DNA of 64,000 bases from Carcharhinus amblyrhynchos (Eukaryota), in the NCBI GenBank assembly GCA_965287045.1, contig OZ336884.1, positions 54,746,001 through 54,810,000 on the forward strand, read 5' to 3'. The translations under genes and the position numbers were made by a program. The notes beneath the pieces were generated by a model that was given only the letters and a program-made list of their open reading frames with translations, had not been told where the DNA came from and ran no database searches. The number at the start of each line of letters is the position of its first letter. Within the stretch, counting starts at the first letter, position 1. Positions 63,433 through 64,000 of this stretch are shown one piece after another.

Positions 63433-63666
63433 CAGTTCAGAGGAGGTTTACTAGATTGATACCTGGAATCAGTGGATTGTCTTACAAGGTAAGGCTAGAC
63501 AGTCTGGGCTTATTTCCATTGGAATTTAGAAGAGTGAGGTGCGGCTTGGTTGAAATATATAAGATCATAAATGGTTTTAACAAGGTGAATGTGGAAAGGA
63601 TGTTTTCTCTTTTGGGTGAGTCCAGAACTAGGGTGCACTGTTTTAAAATGAGGGGTTGCCCTTTTC
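63433..63666 (+). mobile_element. CR1 fragment
   Basis: VQRRFTRLIPGISGLSYKVRLDSLGLFPLEFRR. Confidence 0.9.
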
Positions 63667-64000
63667 ACAGAATAGAATCATAGAATCCCTACAGTGCACA
63701 GGAGGCCGGTCAAGTCAGCCCATCAAGTCTGCCCTGACTCTCCAGCAGAGCTACTTACCCAGGCCCAGCTCCCTGCCCTAGCCCTGTAACCCCACTAATC
63801 CCCTTGACCCAAATATCTTGGACACTAAGGGACACTTTAGCATGGCCAATCCACCCAACCTGCACATCTTTGGATTGAGGGAGGAAACCGGTAGAAATCC
63901 ATGCAGGAAGAACATGTAAACTCCACACACACACAGTTACCCAAGGCTGGAATTGAGCCCAGGTTCCTGGCGCTGTGAGGCAGCAGTGCTAACCACTGTG
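63667..64000 (-). mobile_element. HE1-type V-SINE running to the window edge
   Basis: AGAATCATAGAATCCCTACAGTGCA tail, V-domain and head. Confidence 0.9.

Noticed and set aside
55200-64000. Claudin or GRIK1 exons expected from human synteny downstream of TIAM1
   Set aside because: No ORF or exon with recognisable claudin or kainate-receptor sequence was found by eye; small exons could have been missed.

Overview
Vertebrate genomic DNA, most likely from a shark. This is inferred from HE1-type V-SINEs, Deu-domain SINEs, CR1/L2/Rex1/RTE LINEs, Penelope remnants and Harbinger MITEs. Bases 1-15,000 hold the last seven coding exons of TIAM1 on the + strand (end of DH domain, C-terminal PH domain, tail ending NNEI-stop at 13554) and its probable 3' UTR. 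The rest is a gene-poor, TE-dense interval. It contains two decayed two-gene Harbinger transposons, an intronless frameshifted GEMIN6 retrocopy inside one of them, a near full-length RTE LINE and a 31-bp minisatellite. Four observations stand out: (1) a young V-domain SINE whose tRNA head is replaced by a hairpin-rich segment resembling the 3' end of 28S rRNA; (2) a decayed twister-ribozyme motif at the 5' end of the RTE LINE; (3) Penelope-type fold-back insertions carrying hammerhead cores; (4) a Ty1/copia pol relic, a group scarce in vertebrates. Two templated insertions with long flanking duplications are also present. All family calls come from remembered motifs read by eye, with no database search, and TE boundaries are approximate.
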